From Epiperipatus broadwayi (taxonomy: Eukaryota; Animalia; Onychophora): a DNA stretch of 64,000 nt. Location: positions 16,182,001 through 16,246,000 of the forward strand of contig JAQFVV010000001.1 in the NCBI GenBank assembly GCA_028023455.1, in the 5' to 3' direction. A model generated the notes under the pieces. That model ran no database searches. It saw nothing but the letters and a program-made list of their open reading frames with translations, and was not told the DNA's origin. Both the position numbers and the translations under genes were made by a program. Shown here in pieces: positions 1 to 12,062 of this stretch. Position 1 is the first letter of the stretch. Each line of letters starts with the position of its first letter.

Positions 1-56
1 TAGGCACCATTGATTGATTACTGGAACAGCATTTTAATAGCTTTTCATAATTTTAG

Positions 57-212
57 CAGCATGATTGGTCCGGAAAAGATTCAGCAGCCCCATTGAAGAT
101 TTCTCGGGACTTTAGGAACCGTAGCCAGATTCCTGATGTTTTAGCCCTCTATCATGATGAAATACAATTTATACGCACAGAGTTCACTGCACTACTCGAC
201 AACAAAAGCTAG
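57..212 (+). other. Candidate short terminal coding exon of unknown identity (QHDWSGKDSAAPLKISRDFRNRSQIPDVLALYHDEIQFIRTEFTALLDNKS*)
   Basis: Acceptor-like tttcataattttag ends at 56, followed by 51 open codons to TAG at 210-212 in CpG-retaining DNA. No recognisable homology. Confidence 0.2.
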
Positions 213-839
213 CCTTTTTTTCCTGACTTTTCAGGGCTATATATACTGTTCACTGATGCCTCCGGCTAGCGCTCATTTTATTATCAATGTCTTTTTTTAT
301 AATTAGTTGTTTTCAACTACACTCCCTCGATAAGGCTTTCAAACTAATTAGCTTGAATTCCTTCTCTAATTGAAAATGAATTCTTAAAATCTGAAAATGA
401 TTTAATTAGAAAAATGAATCCTTATCTTTTTCCAATTCATAAAGCTTTACTATTGTTTTTAAGAATTTTAAAGCTTATCGAAGGAATGTAGCTTTTAATC
501 ACCGAAACTTTACAAATTATTTAAAGGTGAAAAAAAAACAAGTATTCCCGACGCAATGAAACTTTCGAACAATTATATATATTTAATATTTACAAATATA
601 TATACGCACAATCCACGCAATTTAATATATATAAATTCATGAATATTTTATCATGAATTTATTTAGAGAATTGATCAATTTTAAACTAAACTAATTAATT
701 TTCCTACGCATTTGAAATAAGTTATTCATTATGGAAATTAGCGTGGATTGAACGTATAAAGCCCCATTGCATCGGAAATTTAGGGTTAGTATTAGGGTAA
801 ATAACATGAAGCTAGGATCAAACTCAGATCCGACTGCTT

Positions 840-2640
840 CAGCATTAAAAAAGATTGAATATCTCGAATTTTGTAAAATGGTACGGAAAAGAGTTGAAAT
901 TGATATAAGAAAGTATAATTGTAAACTAGCAAGGAAAGCTGTAGAAGAGAATAAAAGTCTAAAGAGTGTAAAACAACATTTTGGTATTGGTAGAAAATTT
1001 ATATCTGCAATAAGAAAAAAAGATGGCATTATTACTAAAAAGAGAGATGACATCATAAAATGTGTAGAAGACTTCTATCAAGAATTATATAGTAATAAAG
1101 AACAAGTGCCTCCTATACCTATTACATCTTTCAAATTGCCCAGGATTTTGAATGAGAAAGTGAGACATGCAATTAAATTTATAAAGAAAGGGAAGGCTCC
1201 AGTTAATGATGGAATTGTAAATGATATATTAAAAGAAGCAGGTGAAGAAATAGAAATTTTTTTAGCAAAGTTATATACCAAATGTCTAAATGATAAAGAT
1301 GTACCAGATGATTGGAAAAATGCAGTATTAATATTAATATTTAAAAAAAGGTGATAAAGAAGACATTAGAAATTACAGACCTATCAGTCTTTTATCAGTT
1401 TTATATAAAATGTTTACTAAGATAATTACAACTCGTCTACAGAAAACACTGGATTTCCACCAACCAAGAGAACAAGCTGGATTTAAAAGTGGTTTTAGTA
1501 TAGTAGATCATAACCAGGTATTGAGAGAAATTATAGAAAGGACAAGTGAATATGAGTTGCCATTATGCTTAGGATTTGTAGACTATGAAAAGGCGTTTGA
1601 TTCTATAAACATTTATTCAGTGATTAAAGCATTGGATCAGCAAGGTGTAGATCCAGAATATTGTCATATTTTGAAGAATATTTATAAAAATGCAACAGCA
1701 ACAATTAGATTACATAATGAAAGTAGGAAAATCAACATTGAAAAGGGTGTAAGACAGGGTGACTCCATATCTCCAAAACTTTTTACAGCAGTCCTTCAAG
1801 AAGTATTTTGTGGATTAAAATGGAAAGCTAAAGGAGTGCAAGTAAATGGAGATTATTTAAGTCATTTAGATTTTGCAGATGATGTAGTTGTTTTTGCAAA
1901 TAATGTTTTAGAGCTACAGGAAATGTTGCAGGAGTTATCAGATGAAAGTAGGAAAGTAGGACTAAAAATAAATGTTAAAAAGACTAAAGTAATGTTTAAT
2001 AGATTTTCTCAAAATATGAAAATAAAGATTGATTATGATGAGTTAGAAGAAGTTAACAGTTACTAATACCTTGGTCAGATTATTAATACAGATGGAAATA
2101 TAATGGATGAAATTAATCATAGAATTAAACTTGGTTGGAGTGCTTTTGGTAGAAATAATTTGATACTAAAAGGAAATATGCCTATGTGTTTGAAAAGGAA
2201 GGTTTTTAATAAATGTGTTTTGCCAGTTCTTACTTATGGATCTGAGACTTGGACACTTAATAGAAGAACAATACAGAGACTTCAGACCACTCAAAGAAGT
2301 ATGGAAAGATGCATGTCGAGAATAACAAGAAGGGATTGAAAACGTAATGTATGGGTAAGAGAACAAACAGGTGTTACTGACCTCATTGAAAAAATTAAAA
2401 GACTGAAGTGGAGTTGGGCTGGACATATTGTTAGAAGAGATGATAACAAATGGACAATTGAAATTTTAAACTGGATTCCAAGAGATTGTAAAAGACCCAG
2501 AAAGAGACCACATGTTAGATGGGTGGATGAAATAAGAAAGTGAGCAGGAGTGATGTGGAGAAGAGAAGCTAAAGATAAAAAAAGATGGATTGAACTTGGA
2601 GAGACCTTCATCCTGAAGTGGATTGATGATGATGATGACT
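840..2640 (+). mobile_element. 5'-truncated RTE-clade LINE, the best-preserved copy in the window
   Basis: ORFs 767-1354, 1410-2066 and 2103-2339 join into one RT frame (KKGKAP, YRPISLL, FVDYEKAFDS, GVRQGDSISPKLF, LDFADD, YLGQ, WSWAGH). There is one frameshift near 1350 and in-frame stops near 2064, 2337 and 2541. It ends in a (GAT)n tail at about 2625-2638. Confidence 0.95.
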
Positions 2641-3439
2641 TAGCCTTCAAAAATTATCAATTTCTTTTAGACATTGTGTGGTTGGAAAGCATTGGGGGTC
2701 TAATAGGTATTAATAGTTATCTTGAAAAAACTACATTCATAAATCTGAGTTATTTCATCATACAATGAGAAATATACTGAAGAATATTCTTTCATCCTAC
2801 TATCTTGTTTTCTGCTTCTGTAGTCTAAAAATTAAGATTTTTTCCTATTAATGCAATTAGGATTTATCTGATGAATGTTACTCATATTCTTTTTACTTAG
2901 CTGGGTTTACTATATTGCTTAAAAAAAATACTAAATTCTCTTTGTGTCAAAAGTTTGATATCTGATAAAATATCATTATATTACCTTTGTATTTCATGGC
3001 CCATCCATTGTTCAAAAACATGTTTTCAAACCTCATAAACTAATCTCCCAACTAGAGCAGGTTGTTTTTTCAAAAACGTTTCTAACTTGTTTATAAATTC
3101 CCAATTACTGGTAGCTTCCATGGCAAACATATTGTTCTTCAAATTATATTTTTAAATATTTTAAATCCAACAAAAATCAAAAGCCTATAATTTAAATGGT
3201 TTATTACTTTTATATTATAGCTCTGACAAAAATGAATTTTTTAGACAATTAATTCAATTTTTAAATTATTATTTTTACCATCAGAAAATGCCTTTAAACT
3301 TATGTATTTGGCAATTACATTTTTAACTGAGTAAATTTATCACTACAAAATAAATCTGTGTGTACTCATAAAAACTGTCCACTTTCTCATCCACTCTAAT
3401 GAAAAGTGGATTTTCAGCTTGTAAATGTATTACAAAATT

Positions 3440-4370
3440 TTAAATATCAAATTACCTCCAAACTTTCCGAAACCTCTGTGAATAAATATATAAATGTCTG
3501 CATCTCAAACAATCAATCCAAAAAAGTACCTCTTTGAACTGTAAGCTGCAATGATGTTAAATATTAAAATACGAACTTATTCAAACAAAGAGCATGAAAT
3601 TTAAATAAGCAATGATCTTAAATTGCTCATCAACAAACGTGTTTAACATACTTATACAAAGAAAGATTAAACAGTCATTTTAATCTTTGCAAACTCTAAC
3701 ACAAATATATAAGAAGTAATCCTAGTGAATAATGCTAGCTGAAATTAAATATCAAACTACTCCAAACATTAAGAAATTTTAGTTACATCCTCTGTGAATA
3801 AATATATAAAAGTCAGCTTCAAACAGCCAGTTCAAAATAGTATCTCTGTGAACTTGAATTTGCAATGATATTGAATATTGAAACATGGACTTATTTAAAC
3901 AAAATGTGTGAAATTTAAATAAGCAATAATTTTAAATTGCTCAAAACAAACATGTTTGATATACATTTATTCACAGAGGGTGTAACTAAAGTTTCCTAAT
4001 GTTTGGAGAATGATTTGATATTTAATTTTAGCTAGCAATATGTAGTGAATTAGTTATTATATATATATGTGTTGGGAGTTTGCAAAGATTAAAATGACTA
4101 ATGTTTAGTCATTCTATGTATATGTATGTTAAACATGTTTGTTTATGAGCAATTTAAGATCATTGATTATTTAAATTTCAAGCATTTTGTTTGAAAAAGT
4201 CCATATTTCAATATTTAACATCATTGCAACTTACAATTAATGGAGATACCTTTTTTGGACTGGCTATTTGAGATGCAGGAGTTTATATATTTATTCACAA
4301 AGAGCATGACTGAAATTTCATGACATTTAGAGATCATTTGATATATGATATTTAATTTCAGTTAGTGTTA
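3440..4370. repeat. ~305-316 bp unit: about 1.7 direct copies followed by about 1.3 inverted copies
   Basis: aatatcaaa..ctccaaac at 3443 and 3748; cctctgtgaataaat at 3473 and 3789. Reverse-complement copies start near 3965 (atttattcacagagg) and run to about 4370. Confidence 0.85.
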
Positions 4371-5049
4371 TGCAATAGTGCTCATACAAATAATGTTTCA
4401 TTTTCCTACCATGGATAATTCTGAATACCACTTATACCACCTTATTTTTAATGTAATCAAAATGTTTTCCTGAATAATAAAATAAATGAGTAATGAAATT
4501 ATTCAATGCTGCATACATGTTTTTAACAGACATCATGAATTGATGTTTATTTATTTCATTTATGTTTTGCTTAATATTTTCTGACCATGATGCCCATAAC
4601 ATTAAAATTTATTTTTTAAGTTAATTTCCTAATCTAAATCCCTATCAATTTTTGTATTATTAAGTGTTTTTATATTAACTTGCCATGTCTGTGTATGTTT
4701 CTGTCTGTATATCCATATTCCCACATTTTTACATTTTTAACAATGAAAAAAGATCCATTCCTGTTTAGAACTTAAGCTCACATTCTTATGCTTCTCAAGA
4801 AAACTCCTTAACAACTGAGCCAATGGAAATATTACATTTGTAGAATAAAATTTTGTTAATATTAATTTAACTCATACTTAATTAATTAAATTAATTAAAA
4901 AGCCAATATATAAATATTTTTATATAGTAGACAATCACATGATATTTAAATTTAGAATTCATTTGTTAGAGGATGTATTTTTTAATTTCATGTCTTATTA
5001 TTAAATTATTCTTTTTGTCAGATTTTTTGTATTTTTAACCATTTTTTAA

Positions 5050-5520
5050 AATATGTAAATATAATTAAAAAGTAAAAAAGTAATATGTAAAAAAATATTT
5101 TTTAAGTAATACTTATAGCCAACTAAAGAGTAGAAAAATAACAAAGTAATCCACCTTTTGGTTAATTTGCCATATTTGGAACATATCAGATCTTAAAAAT
5201 TCATACTTGTTATAAAACAATTGGAAATTGCAGAAATATTGTCATTTCATAAAAGCATTTGAGGTTCAAATAAATCATAAAAATCAAAAATGCCTCAAAT
5301 GCTTTTATGAAATGACTATATTCCTGAAATTTGCATTTGATATAACAAATATAGATTCTTAAGATCTGTGATATTTTCCAAGAATTGCAATTTAATCAAG
5401 AGGCAGATTACTTTATTTTTTTTACTTTTTAGTCAGCTATTTATATAAAAGCATTATTAAAAAAAATTATGTAAAAAATTTTTTTTTACATATTTTTTTT
5501 ATACTTTTTTATGTTTTAAA
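5050..5520. repeat. AT-rich foldback inverted repeat of ~470 bp
   Basis: The 24-bp core gtcatttcataaaagcatttgagg (5241-5264) pairs perfectly with cctcaaatgcttttatgaaatgac (5293-5316). Degenerate arm matches extend outward (cagatcttaa/ttaagatctg, aaagtaatc/gattacttt). Confidence 0.8.
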
Positions 5521-5569
5521 TTTGAATCAGTTTTGTAAACTAATTTACAATCATCACAATATTCTTCCC

Positions 5570-6340
5570 ATGGTAGCTACTTTCTCTATTCAATAGTGCT
5601 ACTTAGTGCAAGCCATAATAATCAATGATACTAGAATGTTTGTGCATCTAAAATCTCTAGCATCTACTTATCCAATATCATCAGGCTAGTTTTTAGCTTA
5701 AGGCTTTCATCAATAAGGAACACTTGGATCTGAAAGCAATGCACCTAGATATTTGGGTTTAATGCAGCCATCCAGAAAATATTTATTATTTTATTAGTAT
5801 TTACTGAGGCTATTACCTCGAGAATATGCGTATAAACATGCGATAGTAGGAACCTCTACAGGTGTTTAACCATAAGCTTATGCTATAGAAGAAAAGAGGG
5901 GAACCATAGCATAAGCTTGTGGTTAAACACCTGTAGAGGTCCATACTATCGCACGTTTACATACCTATTTTCGAGGTGATAGCCTCAGTAAATATTACTT
6001 ACGTAATAATGTGCATTTAATACATTTATAATTACAACTTTAAATTATTTTATTAGTTAACTATATTTGGTATCTTTGGGGTTTTAAATACCAAAGTCAC
6101 CAACATCTTTTGGCTATGACTGTTAGTAAATCACTAAAACATCACATGACTATCATTTCTTATACTTACCCAATCTATTAAAACAGTAACAATTCTCTTC
6201 ATACAATGGTACCAACTAGTGCAAATCATAGTAATCAATGAATGCTAGAAGATTTGTGCATCAAAATCCCTATCTAGTACCTACTCATCCAATATTTCAG
6301 ATTTAGTTTCTATCTTATGACTTTCATTAATGAGGACCAT
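5570..6340 (-). repeat. Old, degenerate family A hammerhead repeat (about 1.5 units) interrupted by a foldback element
   Basis: Aligns by eye to 55850-56614 (tttgtgcatc.aaa, atccaatat, ctagttt, cttggatctga, gcacctagat, catcacatga). Decayed HHR motifs lie at about 5678-5720 and 6295-6336. Confidence 0.75.
5797..5995. repeat. ~200 bp foldback palindrome, MITE-like
   Basis: Arms of about 90 bp (tatttactgaggcta..cctctacaggtgtttaacca..agcttatgctat and its reverse complement) enclose a ~19-nt purine-rich loop. Confidence 0.9.
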
Positions 6341-8599
6341 CAATTGATTATTTTGGCTTACACTAGGGACCACTATTTATAAAGAGGGTTGCTACTGTTT
6401 TAACAGATTATACAAATGTAAGAAGGGTGGTTATATGATTCTCTCCAGGATTGAAAACAAAATACTCTCACTATATTAAGATTATCCTCTAGTTTCTTTG
6501 ATTACTTTTGTTTCTATTTTCATATTAAAGTTTAAGCTATGATTTTATATTTTTATGACCTTTCAAGCTTGTATTTATTATGTTATACAATTAAATTCCT
6601 TTATGATTCTTGCATTGGTTGAGGCAGTATTCCAATTATATGATCTTTGTCACATAAGTAGAAAAAGGTTGTCTTTACTGGTATATTCATATAAAAATAT
6701 TGATTCAGTTTTTTTAAAAATGAGCAAGTGATTACTTCTTTGGAAAATCTTCTCAAATCTTCTCATCAGTTATACTCTCTATCATGTCAGGAAAAGCCTT
6801 GATGACTGTACTAATCTCTTCAACTATGATTATTCCAAATGAAAACAGTATATATATTCTGCAGAAATTTGTTTGCATTTAAGAATTTATATTATAGAAT
6901 TGATTATGCCTTCCTATGGTCATTAATGAGAGACAGAAATGTGTGTAAAGCTCAAAATAAAATCAGGCTTCAATTGACTATCAATTTTTTTAATAAGTCT
7001 ATTATCTATCTGGAAAAATTGAATACATCCAGGAATTATCTATTGGTGCTTCAACATCAAAAGAATGTGCCATTCATTTATGTTTTGATAAGTATTTTCA
7101 AAGAGTAACATGACTCATTTACATATATTTTTCTACAATCTTCAATGAACTAATATCTCAAAAGATACACATCAACATTATATACTCTTCATTTCCCTAA
7201 TTATTTTTGGGTTTCCAGCATACATCACATCTCATCATTATTTCCTCAAACATCGCTTACAATATTTTTTTTATATGTCTGCTGTTCAAATCCATAGGTA
7301 GTTTTCACATTGATTTATTTGCATGGTCAGTTTATGTTATCATTTGAATTTTTAAAAAAAATTAAATTATGCCTTGCCCATATATAAAGGACAGTTACTA
7401 AAATATTCAATTTTATGTTCTAAATAATTGCTATGATCACTTCAGATTTTGCCATCATTACGATTTTTCTCACTCGTTTTTGTGTTTACTATTTTTTATT
7501 TTTGTACTTGGAATAAATTTTTATAATAAAACTTAAAAGTGCTTTAGTATTGGCAACTTTTGTCTGATTTGAACTTCTAGTCAGATATCAATTTAGATTT
7601 ATTACTTTGGTTATCTCTTAAATTAGCATCTTCATTCTTATTGAGTTGTGTTCTATTTCACTCATTGCGAATATCTGACAAGTTTTAGTTATTTTCTGAT
7701 TGATCGTTATTAAAAATTAAACAGTTCAGTCTGAAATAAGATCTTTCTACTCCTGAATTTGCAATTAATTTTTTTTATGGTAATATTTATCTTAACTATC
7801 AGAATGATTCTACTTAAGATTTTCATAAATATTTGTCAAGTAGAAGTTTCTTCAATTGGCCTTTTGATCAGCCTTCATATGCTCAACTTGAGTCTTTTAA
7901 AATATTTACAATAATTTGAAATTTTTTTACAATATCTGTATCAGTTTTATATTCATTGACGATATCTTCATCAAGTTTCGCTTCTCTAATCTTTATCCAT
8001 GCATTTAATGTTGGATCACTGACTATGTCTCTTAAAATGTTTTTACCAAATTTGGATGGCTCATTCATTTGTTAAAAATGATAACGTTATTCATTGCAGT
8101 TTTGTGCTTGCATTTTAGACCTGAGATTTGACTTGCAAAAAATAAATTTTCTACTATAGTGAATTGTTTTAGACTATATCTGAACATCTGATTTCAAGGG
8201 TTGCTTGATTATTCAACCATACATTCTATATTAAATGTTTTTTTCTATTTTGAATACTGAACTAGAATTAGATTCTGCTATAATATATAATGCAAGCATC
8301 TGGTTACTACATATATATTAAAGTTCTTGATTTTGGAAAGTAATGAAATTTTTTTTATGCAAGGCATTGGAAATCCTGGAGATTTGCACTGTGATTTTGA
8401 ATTTAGCAATTATTATGACATAGGATTGTTAACAGTTGTTGCTCATTGTATGGATTGTGCTTCTAGTTTTATTATCTGATTTCTACCAATAGTTAAGGAC
8501 CTCATGGATTAAGGCTTCTAGTTTTTTATAAGTTGTCTGGAAGCTGAAACATGATGGACAAAACTCAAGTTCCAAAGAGTTCAACTGTGATTTGACATT

Positions 8600-9420
8600 G
8601 GATTAGGGCTACTGTGTCACTCATCTTTGCGGTCTTGAGGATTGAGTCTGTTGCTTGGAGAGCTCCCAGGGCTTGCATCCTGGTCTTGGAGTAAGGCTGG
8701 GATGTGAGTGTATTGGGTTCTAGTATGGGCTTTAGATGAGAGAGTCTGGAACTTGGAAAGGTTCCTGGGGCCTGGATTCTGATTTTTATGGGGGTCTGGG
8801 AGATGGGTGTTATGAGGATTAGTACAGGTTTTGTCTTTCTTGTCTTCAGGGTGGTGGAGATGATGTGATGCATTGTGGTTTTGATCTCTTTGTTCTCTAT
8901 GTGATTCAAGGGTTGCTTATTAGACTATGTGATAATCTATAGATGGCATATGATGTAAGCATGTAAGATTTAAAATTTTGATTAGTGCTACAGTGTTGCT
9001 TGTCTTGGCTATAAAGATGAGAGAGTCTCATGCTTGGGTGACTCAGGCCAGAGAGTTCTACTATGGTTTAAACTTCAAATTGGGGCTGCTGTGTCACTCA
9101 TTTTTGCCATCTGGATGGCAGGATCTGGTGTTTGGAAAGTCTCGCAGGCCTGGGTTTTGGTGGGGATCTGGGTGTTGTGGGGATTAGTATGGGCATTGGA
9201 TGAGAGAGTCTGAGCCTTGGAACTACCCTGAGGCCTGGTTCCTAGTCCTTATCAGGGGGGACTGGGAAGTGCTGTGAGGATTAGTACGGGTTTTCATTTT
9301 CTCATTCTTCTGGATGGTAGAGATGGATGTGATTTTTAGTAGTTGTGATCTATCTAGTTGCCATTAAGGTCAGGGGTTACCTAGTAGACTATGAGAGAAG
9401 CTAGAAATAGCAAGATGTAT
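8600..9420. repeat. GC-richer direct tandem repeat with a ~465 bp period (about 1.8 units)
   Basis: tagtatgggc..t.gatgagagagtctg at about 8721 and 9186; gaggattagtac.ggtttt, ctgtgtcactcat.tttgc and tagactatg each occur twice at a similar spacing. Confidence 0.8.
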
Positions 9421-10510
9421 GCATATGGAATTTAAGGTTTTTCTGTTTACTTATTAAATCACGTTCTGCATCTTATTTTGAAAGTACTAGTTATATTTAC
9501 ATTTATTAAAAACGACATAAAAACAATAATAATATAAAATTTAGAAAGTCTTATTGATTTGTTATTATTATTTATTTTACAGTATTTTCATAATTCATTG
9601 AAGAAACAATTTTCAACAATAAAAAAAAAAAAATCAATAAAATTTACTGTTATAACTTGGGTTATAATAATAACTGTTGGATATCATTTAGATTTAAAAC
9701 TTCTTTTAAATAAGAAAAGGCTAGGAAAAAAAAACCAACCAGAAATATTGCATATTCTTTAAAAGATATTATAACTAATATCACAATACTTTTAAATCTA
9801 TATTCGATAAATAAAATCAAAAATAAAGAGTTAATTTATTATGACAACGCAAAACAAAGAATCAGATAAATACCTTATCGGTACATGTTTCAAGAGAGAA
9901 TTTTGCTTAGTAATATCTTTTTAATGAATGATCAAGAAATACATACACGCACGCACACATGATTATGTAGTCTTATTAAAGCTTGTGAAGCACTTCTTCG
10001 ACTGATGTACTAGAAATTAACGGCAAACTACTATTAATCTTGATCAAGATTAATAAATTTTTTTTTTTTTTACAATAGAAAAGTTAACATACATACATAT
10101 ATAAAATATGCTTTAAAAATATTTGATATCCGTAATCATTATCTTTTTGCTTATATAATTGAATGACTTCTAAATACTGTACTTATTTATTATTAATGCA
10201 AACTTTATTCGCAGATCCTATGTATTATAGATTTGTAAGCATTAGAAGTTAAGACTATCAGCTGTATATGAAACTATATCTCAATCAACATTGCATCATT
10301 ATAGATAAATTAAAAAAAGTCAAATACTAAACAAATAAAAGCACATTTCGTTCACGTGATGGCTATACAATATTTATTTTTTTTAATACAAATGAAATAA
10401 AAGAAAATATTTAAAATTTAATATTCATATTATAATTAAAACAGCTCTATATTTTTTATCAAAAAATCACTTTAATTTTAACGCTCCTATACGAGTTTAA
10501 ATTAAGAAAA

Positions 10511-10625
10511 GTGATGATTGTTGGTTTACCATGAAATACGTATATTGGTGATTATTTATCTTTTCAACATATATGTGTTCAAGTGTATCAGTGTTATGAG
10601 ATAGAGTGGAGAGTGGTGGGTTTTG
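10511..10625 (+). repeat. Fragment of family C hammerhead repeat with a decayed HHR
   Basis: catgaaatacgtatattggtgattatttatctttt matches the reverse complement of 30725-30760. The core reads GTGATGA...GAAATACGTATA-TTGGT (C3 mutated, 5' strand of stem I lost). Confidence 0.75.
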
Positions 10626-11789
10626 TGAAAGTCTGTGCTCATATACCCTATATATTAAGATAAGTTGTAGAAAAACGAAGTAAATTTAATAAAATAAATA
10701 CAAACTACGTACATATAACGTACATTAAAAAAAAAGTGATAAAGTACATTTAACCTTATTTATCTTTCTTATTTTTTAAGGTTAGAGACAAATCTTTACA
10801 TTAGCTAAGAATAAATATAAATAATTAATTAAAATTGAATAATTATAAATTAAAATTCAGTAAGCTTGTATATTTCGATTCAAAAAAACACTTTTCAATT
10901 TGATTTCCAAGTGTCAAATTTTCATTATTCACAACTTTTACACATCAGAAATAATTTTAATGCTCAGTTAAAAGATTATATTTGAATTTTTATATAAAGA
11001 CATGAAATAACTCAATAACATCTCTCCTTTTTTATGTGTAATATCTTTTAAGATGTACTTAAAACTGTCACTTCACCACACATTCTTGAAACATATGTCA
11101 AAAGATATCTAAAAAAAAGACACCCAAGATGCATATTTTATAATGAACCAGCTCTAAGCAGTTGGATTTAGTCTCAATCTCTTACATATTCATTATTTAT
11201 TCACTATTCATCAAAATGAAAACATTGCAATTTGATTTAGACTTTCTGCACTCATAAATTTGATATCAATCAGCTCGGAATAAATATATTAGTGATTATT
11301 AATTTTTAACTGAAGACTAAAGTTTTATCTGGTCTAGAGATAATTTCTAGCTTAATAAATAATTAATAATAATCATTAATGTTTTTATCTAAAGTGGTTA
11401 GTGTCAAAGTTGTGAATGTAGAAAAATTGACACTTATAAATGACATTACAATGATTTGATATTGATAACTAAAGATCAAATGATGATGACATAAGTAAGA
11501 GAATGAGACTTTGTTTAATTATTAAGTACCAATTCAGCATGAAACGTGAATCTTGGAGATTATTTCCTTTTTTTAGATGTCTTCTTTAATATGTTTCAAG
11601 AAGGTATGGTTGAGTGGAGATTTTAAGTGTATCTGTTTAAAAAATTCTATTTTTGATTTTTTTCAGTAAAAAGCAACCATTGTTTTATGTATTTGAGAAG
11701 GTCTAACATCATTATAACAGGAGCTCGTAAAGTTGTGAATGATAGTTTAGTTAAAATTTTATTACATAATTAACCTACACAATATATTT

Positions 11790-12062
11790 ATTAAAACAGG
11801 CAAAACTCTCCATATATATTGCCAATCAGTGCAAGCCAGAGTATTCAATGGATGCCAAAAGGCTTGTGCATAAAATCCCCATTTAGTGCCTACTTATCCA
11901 ATATTCCCAGACTAGTTTCTAGCTTGGGGTCTTCGTCAGTGAGGAGCCTTGGATCTGAGAGCACTGCACAAGTGGCAATATGTATGGAGAGTTTTGCCTG
12001 TTTTAATAACAGTTATAAGCAAGCACACGAAATGGTAATCATGTGATGTTTATTGGCTTAAA
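11790..12062. repeat. Family A hammerhead repeat copy with an internal inversion switch
   Basis: The forward segment 11790-11970 matches the family A unit. From 11973 the sequence is the reverse complement of the unit start (tggcaatatgtatggagagttttgcctgttttaataa), which creates ~37 bp inverted repeats, and it continues into the preceding part of the unit. Confidence 0.85.
11904..11945 (-). ncRNA. Minimal type I hammerhead ribozyme motif, family A
   Basis: Minus strand: TCCTCA-CTGACGA-AGACCCCAAGCTA-GAAAC-TA-GTC-TGGGAA. Core intact with a GUC triplet; stem II is weakened. Confidence 0.65.

Noticed and set aside
779-800. Telomere-like ttaggg..ttaggg
   Set aside because: Only two interrupted units, which is expected by chance.
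691-2650. Minus-strand ORFs over RTE, Tx1 and PLE sequence (for example 691-1056, 2166-2426, 2291-2650) and most other short ORFs in the track
   Set aside because: They are antisense shadows of retroelement ORFs or low-complexity AT-rich frames with no recognisable motifs.
5801-5850. Hammerhead-like string in the foldback arms (CTGAGGC...CCTC-GAAA)
   Set aside because: The core is CTGAGGC rather than CUGANGA in both arms, and stems I and III cannot be formed consistently.
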